Positions 20,341-28,253 of a stretch of 64,000 nucleotides of DNA are shown here, one piece after another. The notes beneath the pieces were generated by a model. That model was not told the origin of the DNA. It did no database searches and saw only the letters and a program-made list of their open reading frames with translations. The stretch comes from Bacteroidales bacterium. GTDB lineage: Bacteria; Bacteroidota; Bacteroidia; Bacteroidales; DTU049. The position numbers and the translations under genes were made by a program. Location: positions 14,544 to 78,543 of the forward strand of contig JAAYOU010000001.1 of the NCBI GenBank assembly GCA_012520175.1, read 5' to 3'. Each line of letters starts with the position of its first letter. Positions within the stretch are counted from its first letter, which is position 1.

Positions 20341-21639
20341 CTAGTTGGCTACACTTTTTACATCTTCAGGATTGTATTTGTATTTGAAAAATATAGCAAA
20401 CAAGATAGCTACAACCAAAGCATAAGCTGCAAATGTTAGCCAAATCCCGGGCCAATCTTTAACATACACAATTTCTTTAGTAACTTGATTAAAAACTGGA
20501 GTTTCAAACCACTTTTGAATTACTAAACCTGCTACAATGTTTCCCACAACAGCACCAATACCATTTGTCATAAGCATAAACAAACCTTGAGCTGATGATT
20601 GAATAGAAGAATCTGTATTTTTTTCAACAAATAAAGCACCAGATATATTGAAAAAGTCGAATGCCATTCCGTAAATAATGCAAGATAAAATTATTAACAC
20701 AAAGCCTACAACTGTATTTTCAGCTATTCCAAATAGTCCAAAACGTAAAACCCAAGCAATCATACTAATAAGCATAACTTTTTTAATTCCAAATCTTTTC
20801 ATAAAGAATGGAATAGCAAGAATAAATAATGTTTCAGAGATTTGAGAAACCGAAAGTATTATTGTTGAAAAATTATTTATTAAGCTACCTTCAGGAAATA
20901 CCGAAGCATCTTGCAAAAAAGCATCGCCATAAGCGTTGGTAAGTTGTAACGCAGCACCTAATAGTAAGCTAAAAATAAAAAACAAAGCCATTTTTTTATC
21001 TTTAAAAAGCACAAAAGCTTCTAAGCCTAATTTTTGAACAAAAGACTTTTTCTCATTACTGTGTTTGTTTTCACTCTTTATTGTTGGTAAAGAAAAGAAA
21101 GAAAAAACACCTAAAACAAATGCTAAAATTGCAGCAATGATAAAAGAAACTTTTATGCTATATCCGAGTCCCCAGTCTTTTGTAAAAAAGTTTGTAGTCC
21201 ACATTGCAACAATAAACCCAATAGTTCCCCATACGCGAATTGGTGGAAAAGCTACAACAGGATCTTCTCCATTTTTTTTCAAAACACTAAAACTTATTGA
21301 ATTTGTAAGACCTATGGTTGGCATATAAAAACTCATTGCCACTAACAATACCCAGAAAAAAGCAATAGGAGAATTTATTGATGGTAAAACCAACATTGTA
21401 GCCCCAAATAAAATGTGCAAAATAGCATAAACATAATTTGCTTTCCATTTATCGGCAATAATTCCAAAAAGAGTAGGCATAATTATCGAAGCAAAACCCA
21501 TGGTAGAAAAGACTAAGCCAAATTCAGAGCCGCTCCAGCCTTTTTCAACAAAACCATAATGTGCCAATGTCATCATCCAAGCTCCCCAAACAAAAAATTG
21601 GAGAAAATTCATGATTATTAATCTAAATTTAAGTCCCAT
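20341..21639 (-). CDS. MFS nucleoside:H+ symporter-family transporter
   Basis: About 12 TM helices. The N-terminal LIIMNFLQFFVWGAWMMTL is typical of NupG/XapB-type nucleoside permeases. Confidence 0.75.
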   Translation of the reverse strand: MGLKFRLIIMNFLQFFVWGAWMMTLAHYGFVEKGWSGSEFGLVFSTMGFASIIMPTLFGIIADKWKANYVYAILHILFGATMLVLPSINSPIAFFWVLLVAMSFYMPTIGLTNSISFSVLKKNGEDPVVAFPPIRVWGTIGFIVAMWTTNFFTKDWGLGYSIKVSFIIAAILAFVLGVFSFFSLPTIKSENKHSNEKKSFVQKLGLEAFVLFKDKKMALFFIFSLLLGAALQLTNAYGDAFLQDASVFPEGSLINNFSTIILSVSQISETLFILAIPFFMKRFGIKKVMLISMIAWVLRFGLFGIAENTVVGFVLIILSCIIYGMAFDFFNISGALFVEKNTDSSIQSSAQGLFMLMTNGIGAVVGNIVAGLVIQKWFETPVFNQVTKEIVYVKDWPGIWLTFAAYALVVAILFAIFFKYKYNPEDVKSVAN

Positions 21640-21654
21640 AAAATTTGTGTTAAA

Positions 21655-22236
21655 TTATTTTCGTTTTTTTAATTCATCTCTAATTAAAGATGCTAATTCA
21701 AAGTTTTCGCTTTCCACAGCTTCATTTAGCATATCATTTAATTCTTCATCAGATAACAAACTCAATTCGTTCTCTCTATCTTCTTCTTCACTCTTAATAT
21801 CATTATCTGTATTTTTTTCAGAATTAACTTCAAACATTACACCTATTTCTTTTAAAATTTCCTCATCTGTGTAAATCGGACAATTGAAGCGTATTGCAAG
21901 CGCTACGGCATCGCTTGTGCGAGCATCAACAGTGTAAAATTGATTTTCTTTTTCAAACACCAAAATGCTATAAAAAACACCCTCTTCAAATTTATTTATA
22001 ACAACTTCATTTAATTTCACATGAAATGTATTGGCAAATTTTTTAAAAAGATCATGTGTCAACGGTCGAGATGGTTTTAATTTTTCAAATTCTATAGCTA
22101 TACTTTGAGCCTCAAACTGTCCAATAATAATCGGCAAACGGCGGCTACCACCTATTTCCGACAAAATTAAAGTATATGCTCCACTCTGAGAATAGCTATA
22201 ATTTATACCCGTTATTTCTAATTCAACTTTTTCCAT
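21655..22236 (-). CDS. Bifunctional nuclease family protein (DUF151) with C-terminal UVR-like motif
   Basis: RRLPIIIGQFEAQSIA and RPLTHDL motifs of DUF151. C-terminal FELASLIRDELKKR is UvrB/C-like. Confidence 0.8.
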   Translation of the reverse strand: MEKVELEITGINYSYSQSGAYTLILSEIGGSRRLPIIIGQFEAQSIAIEFEKLKPSRPLTHDLFKKFANTFHVKLNEVVINKFEEGVFYSILVFEKENQFYTVDARTSDAVALAIRFNCPIYTDEEILKEIGVMFEVNSEKNTDNDIKSEEEDRENELSLLSDEELNDMLNEAVESENFELASLIRDELKKRK

Positions 22237-22364
22237 ATCAAATAAAACAGCTAAAATTAATAAAAGTTATTTTATTGGTCTAAAAAATTTTCATGATTTT
22301 CAAACTCTAAAATGTTAAACAATAAATAAAAGTACAAATAAATTTTATATAAAGCGTTTTTACG

Positions 22365-22372
22365 TATATTTG
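22365..22372 (+). promoter_or_regulatory. Bacteroidota-type -7 box (TAnnTTTG) upstream of tRNA-Pro
   Basis: TATATTTG ends 10 nt upstream of the tRNA 5' end. Confidence 0.5.
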
Positions 22373-22381
22373 CAAAAAATT

Positions 22382-22455
22382 CGGGATGTAGCGCAGCTTG
22401 GTAGCGTGCTTCGTTCGGGACGAAGAGGTCGCTGGTTCGAATCCAGTCATCCCGA
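22382..22455 (+). tRNA. tRNA-Pro (anticodon CGG)
   Basis: Acceptor cgggatg/catcccg, anticodon arm cttcg-ttCGGga-cgaag, T loop ggttcgaatcc. Confidence 0.9.
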
Positions 22456-22580
22456 CAAAAATGCTTTAGCCCCTTTAAACCTAATAGGTTTTGAAATTAC
22501 AACATCTTTTCAAGAAAGAGAATTTTCTCATAAATAATATTGGTAAAAAATATTATTTTTGCAAAACATTATAAAAACAA

Positions 22581-22653
22581 GCCACTTTAGCTCAGTCGGT
22601 AGAGCAGCTCCCTCGTAATGAGCAGGTCGTGGGTTCGAGTCCCATGAGTGGCT
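22581..22653 (+). tRNA. tRNA-Thr (anticodon CGT)
   Basis: gccacttTAgctcagtcggtagagc..., anticodon loop ctCGTaa, T arm gtggg-ttcgagt-cccat. A TATTTTTG -7 box lies at 22554-22561. Confidence 0.88.
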
Positions 22654-22671
22654 CAAAATCCAATTCATTCT

Positions 22672-23358
22672 ATGTTTATTGAATACAGGGACATTGGTAA
22701 AATAGGCTACAAGCCAGCTTGGGAATACCAGCAAGAACTTTTAGACAAATTAGTATCAATGCGCAAAGAGAATGATTACGCATCAAATCCTTTTGCTGGC
22801 TGGTTTTTAGCTGTGGAACATCCGCATGTATATACATTAGGCAAAAGTGGCAATGAGCAAAATATGTTATTAAACATTATGCAATTGCACGCAAAAAATG
22901 CTGAATTTGTGCACACAAACAGAGGCGGAGACATCACCTATCACGGACCCGGACAAATGGTTGGCTATCCAATAATAGATTTGGACAAATTGCATCTTTC
23001 CGTTAGAAAATATATTTTTTTAATGGAAGAATCAATTATATCCGCAATGTCGGCATACGGAATTAATTGCGAACGCATGGAAAACGCTACTGGAGTGTGG
23101 ATAGATGCAAATATTAAAGGGAAAGCGCGCAAAATTTGTGCAATTGGAGTTAGAGTTTCACATTTTGTAACTATGCACGGATTTGCCCTAAACATAAACA
23201 CAGATTTATCTTATTTTAATTATATAAATCCATGCGGCTTTGTTGATAAAGGCGCTACATCTATGCAAAAAGAACTTGGCAAAGAAATGGACGAAGAAAA
23301 AGTAAAACTGCTTGTTTTTGAAAAATTTTCGGAGCTAGTTACGGGGAATACTAAATAA
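22672..23358 (+). CDS. lipB: Octanoyltransferase (lipoyl(octanoyl) transferase)
   Basis: EHPHVYTLG, RGGDITYHGPGQ, KICAIGV and HGFALN motifs. The track start at 22648 overlaps tRNA-Thr, so I trimmed to the ATG at 22672. Confidence 0.9.
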   Translation: MFIEYRDIGKIGYKPAWEYQQELLDKLVSMRKENDYASNPFAGWFLAVEHPHVYTLGKSGNEQNMLLNIMQLHAKNAEFVHTNRGGDITYHGPGQMVGYPIIDLDKLHLSVRKYIFLMEESIISAMSAYGINCERMENATGVWIDANIKGKARKICAIGVRVSHFVTMHGFALNINTDLSYFNYINPCGFVDKGATSMQKELGKEMDEEKVKLLVFEKFSELVTGNTK

Positions 23359-23374
23359 ATTGGCTTTTGAAGCT

Positions 23375-24056
23375 TGCTGCCTGCTCAGATTTAGCGCTGC
23401 TGTACCCACATAAATTGTTGATAATCAAGGAGTTATGTCGCGGCGACTTCGCGTGGTCGCGGCGACGTAAGGCTCTGATAATCAGGTAGTTATAAAATAG
23501 TGTTGAGTGTTAAGTGTTAAGTGTTGAGTGTTGAGTGTTGGCTCGCTATTCGCTCGCTATGCCGCGTAAATCGTTGATAATCAGCGAGTTATGGGTAGCA
23601 GCTTCATGTGGCGGCGGCTTCGCGTAAAGTGCTGATAATCAAATAATTACACTTATTGCTAAACTGAATAACTTTTCTGCAAAATTTTTTGTAAATTTTA
23701 AAATACAAAAAATTTTGCAGAAAGAATTTGCGAATAAGTTTTTATCACTACTAGCCTGCATGACAGCCCCACTTATATAAGCCTTTGATAATCAGTGAGT
23801 TACGAGCCGCCGCTTTACCTGTCTCAGTTGCTTACTTTGCTTGTTTGTCCGCATAAGTAACTGATTATCAGATAGTTATGGTGGCGACTTCAAGTGGGCG
23901 CGGCGACGTAAGTTGTTGATACACAGACAGTTACGAAAGCAACAGTCTCTTTCAAACTTTATAAACTTTGCAACTTTATACTCAATCAGTTACAAAACCG
24001 TGACCAAATCAGATAACATTATGACAATCAATCAATTACAAACACTCACCCAAACC
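23375..24056. repeat. Intergenic repeat cluster R5 (largest): 7 palindromic units, a heptamer array, a long palindrome and CTTTCAAACTTTATA modules
   Basis: TGATAATCA-type cores at 23419-27, 23476-84, 23575-83, 23633-41, 23786-94, 23862-70 and 23916-24. Each is preceded by GC-rich (g)tggcggcg.c..cgtaa and followed by agtta(t/c)g. Confidence 0.9.
23500..23541. repeat. Tandem heptamer array (GTGTTRA) x6
   Basis: gtgttga gtgttaa gtgttaa gtgttga gtgttga gtgttgg, followed by the direct 9-mers gctcgctat tc gctcgctat. Confidence 0.9.
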
Positions 24057-27000
24057 CTACATCACATCTACCACTGATGCTGAAAACTCATTGATATTAA
24101 TGTAAAAAACATGTGCAGACTCAACCTGTATGCCTGCCTTAGAAAGCATTTCTACATATTCCAAAACCTGCTGTTTATGCTCATTTAGCTGTCTGCCCGT
24201 CTTAAAATCTATTATTTTATACTTATTTTCAGCATTAAAAATCATTCTATCAGGACGCAGCAACAGATTTTGGGTGTCAACTATTTCTCTTTCATTCAAA
24301 ACAAAATTTTTCCCCGGAAATGCAAATGAAAAATTATCAATCAAATAATTAAAAAATTTCACATAGTTTTCCTTTTGAGATTGATGGATATATCCGCTGT
24401 TTACAGAAAAATTCACAACTTGCTCCACATCATTTTTATCATTAATCTGCGAAATTATTTCATGAATGATTTTCCCTTCCATAGCCGATTCCCTAATAAT
24501 AGCACTATCATATTCCACTTTTTTTCGCAAAGTTCTTAATGGCTTATTAGGATTTATGGTGAAATTCTTAATGCTAATGCTATTTTCAACAGATTGCTTT
24601 TCCAATATTTTTTCAGAAAAATCACCAAGCGTATATTTCTGATAATCAGCAGATTCCTCTATGGAGAAATCTAATTTTTCGCTTTTTAAAAAGTTATACA
24701 GCATTATTTCAGAATCGTTGCTAGAAAGAGATTTCCCTTTGTCTAATTTTTTATTTGCAAAAGAAAAAACAAATAATTTTTCTTCGGCTCTAGTGGTTGC
24801 CACATACATCAAATTAATTGTATCCATGCGACTTTTAGAGCTTTCAATATTATATAAATCTTCTATTATTTTTGAAGAATTATTTTTAGAATAATTTATA
24901 ATGCTATACGGAATGTACCATTTTTCCTTGTCAACAATATGCCAAAACTTACTTTTTGAAATATTATTAACCTCATTTATATTGAAATATGGAATTATAA
25001 CTATCGGGAATTGCAGTCCCTTAGAGCTATGTATGGTCATAACATTTACAGCATTGGCAGTTTCAGGAACGATTACGCTTGTTTTAAGTCCGTCTTTAAG
25101 CCACCAGCCCCAAATATCATTATGCAGAAAACCAATTTTGTCTTGAATTTTCATTATTTTTTCCCTCAAAAAGAGCAAGAAAAATCCGCCTTCATTAGAA
25201 ATATCTAAAAATTGAATTATCAAATCAATTTCGTCAGATGGTGCCAGCAAGTTGATGTTTTCCTTTGAAAAATCGGCATTTAGGTCAACTAATTTTTCTA
25301 ATAAAACTTTTCCTCTTTCAGAGTTTTTTATTGCAATAAAATCATCAAAATTGGGCAATACATCCAAATTTAGATTTGCACATTTACTAAGCAGCAGATA
25401 TGTTTCCACAGCGTTTAAATCGTCAGTTGGGCAATGTATTAGCCTGTAAACGCACATAACTAATTTGCAATAAAGCGAAGTTGCGAACTGCAATGTCTCC
25501 CTCGAAACCACAGGTATAGGCTCGTTTTGGCTCATTAAATATGAGCTTATCTTTGTTCCAACATAGTTTTGGCGAGTTAATATTGCAATATCATTAAAGC
25601 TATAGCCATTTTCTACACATTTGTTTATTAAATTATAAATATCGCACAGCCACGCTTCCTCAAGTTTTGTAATTTTATCATTATAAATCCTGCATTCCAC
25701 ATAGCCTTCGGCTTTTTTAAACGGAATCTGCTTTACGCTATTATAAACATTTGAATAAATATCATCTTTTTGCGCCTCGTCATCATTCCAATTTTTTATA
25801 GCCGTGTAAAAAGACGAGTTAAACTCAACAATATTCTTTTTAGAACGATAATTAAATTCTAAATTTTCAAGATTGAAATTCTTTTCTAAAATTCTTTCAA
25901 CATCGCTATCATTATCGGTTTTATCATACAGCTTTGGCAAATTGAGCATTATTTCTACATTCCCGTTTCGCCACCTGTAAATACTCTGCTTTGGATCGCC
26001 AACTAGCCAAGATGAATTATTATTTGAAATAGATTCATGTATGAGTGGCAGCAGGTTTTTCCACTGCATCAGGCTTGTATCCTGAAACTCATCAATCATA
26101 ATAGTTTTAAAACGGCTCCCAGCCCTAACATAGATAAATGGCACAGGCTCATTCATAAGCACTTCCCTAATAATCCTATTGAAATCAGATACAGGCAAAA
26201 TGTTATTTTCTGTTTTAAAATCTTCGCGCAACTTCCAAATATCGCTCAATAAAGCAACTATAGGAAATCCTTTTGCAATCAACTTTCCGTATTTCAACTC
26301 AGAAATTTTGTCAATGCAATCCAAAAGAATGCTGCTAATTTCATTTTCTACTTCAGGATTTTTTACATTCAAAAATTCGGCATTTTTCAGCAACTCAAGC
26401 ATTCTATCGGACAATGGACGCGCATCAAAAGAAGCCTTCAAGTTTTTTATATAATTGAAAATCGTGGTAGCATTTCCTTTTTTAACAAAATCATCGTTGG
26501 AGAGATTGTTTTTTTCTAAAATTTCATCAATTAACGCTAATTTGCTATGAATATCTTTATTGAGAAGTCTTATTTTCGCAAGCAATTTATCAAAGGAAGC
26601 AATCAGATTTTCAGTGCCAAGTTCTAGAGCCGAATTCACTATTTCAATTGAAGCTTCTTCGGTCAGGTGATTTATCAAATTCAGCAAATTATCAGACAAA
26701 AGCAATGGACTTTTTTCGTCTTCAATCTGCATTCTGATTATATTTTTTAATATTTTGGTAATGTTTTTATCGCTATTTGCCTTGTCAATAATATTGCTTA
26801 CAACCAATTCGTTTAGCTCATCATTGTCAATACTCACCTCATAATTAGCTGGCAAATATAGTTCGTGTGCGAAACTGCGAATTATTCTTTGCATAAAGCT
26901 ATCAATGGTGCTTATATACAAATCAGAATAATTATGTAAAATATATTTTAATGTGTCAGCGGCTTGCTTTTGGATTTCCTCTTCAGAATATGTTTTAAAA

Positions 27001-27230
27001 TGCTTTTTTAAATCAGGCAACATCTTGCTACTTTTAGCATCTAAAGCTAGTTCCGACAAAGCACGGATGAGCCTTTCTTTCATTTCGCCAGCAGCTTTGT
27101 TTGTAAAAGTTATTGACAATATGCGAGGAATTTCAGTTGGTGCAAACAATACAATTTTTAAAAACTCAAGCGTTATTCGTTGAGTCTTGCCAGAACCAGC
27201 TGAAGCATTAAGCAATGTAAATTTTGACAT
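24057..27230 (-). CDS. UvrD/Rep-family helicase fused to a C-terminal PD-(D/E)XK nuclease (AddA-like)
   Basis: Walker A LNASAGSGKT, helicase motifs (IMIDEFQDTS, VMTIHSSKGLQFP, YVATTRA), and a C-terminal nuclease-like RPDRM...IIDFKTG...EY. Confidence 0.85.
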   Translation of the reverse strand: MSKFTLLNASAGSGKTQRITLEFLKIVLFAPTEIPRILSITFTNKAAGEMKERLIRALSELALDAKSSKMLPDLKKHFKTYSEEEIQKQAADTLKYILHNYSDLYISTIDSFMQRIIRSFAHELYLPANYEVSIDNDELNELVVSNIIDKANSDKNITKILKNIIRMQIEDEKSPLLLSDNLLNLINHLTEEASIEIVNSALELGTENLIASFDKLLAKIRLLNKDIHSKLALIDEILEKNNLSNDDFVKKGNATTIFNYIKNLKASFDARPLSDRMLELLKNAEFLNVKNPEVENEISSILLDCIDKISELKYGKLIAKGFPIVALLSDIWKLREDFKTENNILPVSDFNRIIREVLMNEPVPFIYVRAGSRFKTIMIDEFQDTSLMQWKNLLPLIHESISNNNSSWLVGDPKQSIYRWRNGNVEIMLNLPKLYDKTDNDSDVERILEKNFNLENLEFNYRSKKNIVEFNSSFYTAIKNWNDDEAQKDDIYSNVYNSVKQIPFKKAEGYVECRIYNDKITKLEEAWLCDIYNLINKCVENGYSFNDIAILTRQNYVGTKISSYLMSQNEPIPVVSRETLQFATSLYCKLVMCVYRLIHCPTDDLNAVETYLLLSKCANLNLDVLPNFDDFIAIKNSERGKVLLEKLVDLNADFSKENINLLAPSDEIDLIIQFLDISNEGGFFLLFLREKIMKIQDKIGFLHNDIWGWWLKDGLKTSVIVPETANAVNVMTIHSSKGLQFPIVIIPYFNINEVNNISKSKFWHIVDKEKWYIPYSIINYSKNNSSKIIEDLYNIESSKSRMDTINLMYVATTRAEEKLFVFSFANKKLDKGKSLSSNDSEIMLYNFLKSEKLDFSIEESADYQKYTLGDFSEKILEKQSVENSISIKNFTINPNKPLRTLRKKVEYDSAIIRESAMEGKIIHEIISQINDKNDVEQVVNFSVNSGYIHQSQKENYVKFFNYLIDNFSFAFPGKNFVLNEREIVDTQNLLLRPDRMIFNAENKYKIIDFKTGRQLNEHKQQVLEYVEMLSKAGIQVESAHVFYININEFSASVVDVM

Positions 27231-27250
27231 TTATAAATTTTATTCTGCTA

Positions 27251-27287
27251 AAATAATAAAAAAACTTCCATTTTTAGTGGAAGTTTT
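27251..27287 (-). terminator. Intrinsic terminator downstream of rpoD
   Basis: Perfect 10-bp stem aaaacttcca (27261-70) / tggaagtttt (27278-87). On the minus strand it is followed by tttattattt. Confidence 0.75.
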
Positions 27288-27308
27288 ATCAAAGATTTTA
27301 ATAAAATT

Positions 27309-28172
27309 TTAGCCTAAATAGCTTTTTAAATTTCGGCTTCTATTCCCGTGTTTTAAACGACGAATTGCTTTTTCTTTTATTTGCCTTACGCGTTCGCGAG
27401 TTAGCCCAAATTTAGTGCCTATTTCGTCTAATGTAAGCAAAGGGAAGCCGTTAATTCCGAAATAAAATCTCAACACGTCTCTTTCGCGAGAAGTTAGAGT
27501 TGCGATAGCACGCTCTATTTCAATGTTTAGAGATTCGTATTGCAAGCCTTTATCAGGTCTTTCGCTTTCTTCGTTAGCATACAAATCATAAAGGTTTGTG
27601 TCTTCGTCAGCAACAATAGGAGCATCCATAGATACGTGGCGACCAGTATGTCTAAGACTATCTTTTACTTCTGCATCTGGCATATCAAGCATTTCAGCTA
27701 TTTCATGAGCATCTGGTTCGCGCTCGTATTCCTGCTCTAAATGAGCATAAGCCTTGTTAATCTTATTTATTGTTCCTATTTTATTTAATGGCAAACGCAC
27801 AATACGAGATTGTTCTGCGAGAGCCTGTAAAATAGATTGACGAATCCACCAAACAGCATAGGAAATAAATTTAAAACCGCGAGTTTCATCAAAACGTTGA
27901 GCAGCTTTTATTAATCCTAGATTTCCTTCATTAATAAGGTCTGGCAAACTTAGCCCTTGATTTTGATATTGCTTGGCAACAGACACAACAAAGCGTAAAT
28001 TAGCTTTTGTAAGTTTTTCTAGAGCAACCATGTCTCCATGCTTTATTCGTTGAGCTAAAATAACTTCTTCATTGGCTGTTATTAGTTCTTCACGTCCTAT
28101 CTCCTGCAAATACTTGTCTAACGAAGCAGTTTCACGATTTGTTACCTGCTTGCTAATTTTTAATTGCCTCAT
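27309..28172 (-). CDS. rpoD: Primary RNA polymerase sigma factor (short Bacteroidota sigma-70 type)
   Basis: The 287-aa length is typical of Bacteroidota. Region 2 ([46 protein letters not shown]) and region 4 ([24 protein letters not shown]). Confidence 0.93.
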   Translation of the reverse strand: MRQLKISKQVTNRETASLDKYLQEIGREELITANEEVILAQRIKHGDMVALEKLTKANLRFVVSVAKQYQNQGLSLPDLINEGNLGLIKAAQRFDETRGFKFISYAVWWIRQSILQALAEQSRIVRLPLNKIGTINKINKAYAHLEQEYEREPDAHEIAEMLDMPDAEVKDSLRHTGRHVSMDAPIVADEDTNLYDLYANEESERPDKGLQYESLNIEIERAIATLTSRERDVLRFYFGINGFPLLTLDEIGTKFGLTRERVRQIKEKAIRRLKHGNRSRNLKSYLG

Positions 28173-28253
28173 AAATTTATTTCAATAAGTTTTTTTGGTT
28201 TTTCAAATCGACTTTTTATACGTATTTTTTAATTAAAAGTTTCAAAATCGCCA

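Noticed and set aside
22528-22734. 68-aa ORF on the minus strand, and N-terminal extensions of lipB (22648) and tig (34808)
   Set aside because: They overlap tRNA-Thr or tRNA-Leu sequence (for example the translated PRGVGVRVPSSAQ is tRNA-Leu read as protein). Internal ATGs give canonical N-termini.
23419-23641. Fur boxes (TGATAATCA resembles the centre of GATAATGATAATCATTATC)
   Set aside because: The sites lie in clusters at 3' ends and convergent gaps, not in promoters. They lack the flanking GATAAT/ATTATC arms. None precedes an iron-related gene.
23375-24056. Possible CRISPR array (repeated ~25-30-nt palindromic units with intervening unique sequence)
   Set aside because: The units are degenerate, not near-identical. 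Spacing is irregular (about 45 to 145 bp). Both orientations occur. The same units are scattered in 7 separate intergenic clusters. No cas genes are present in the window.
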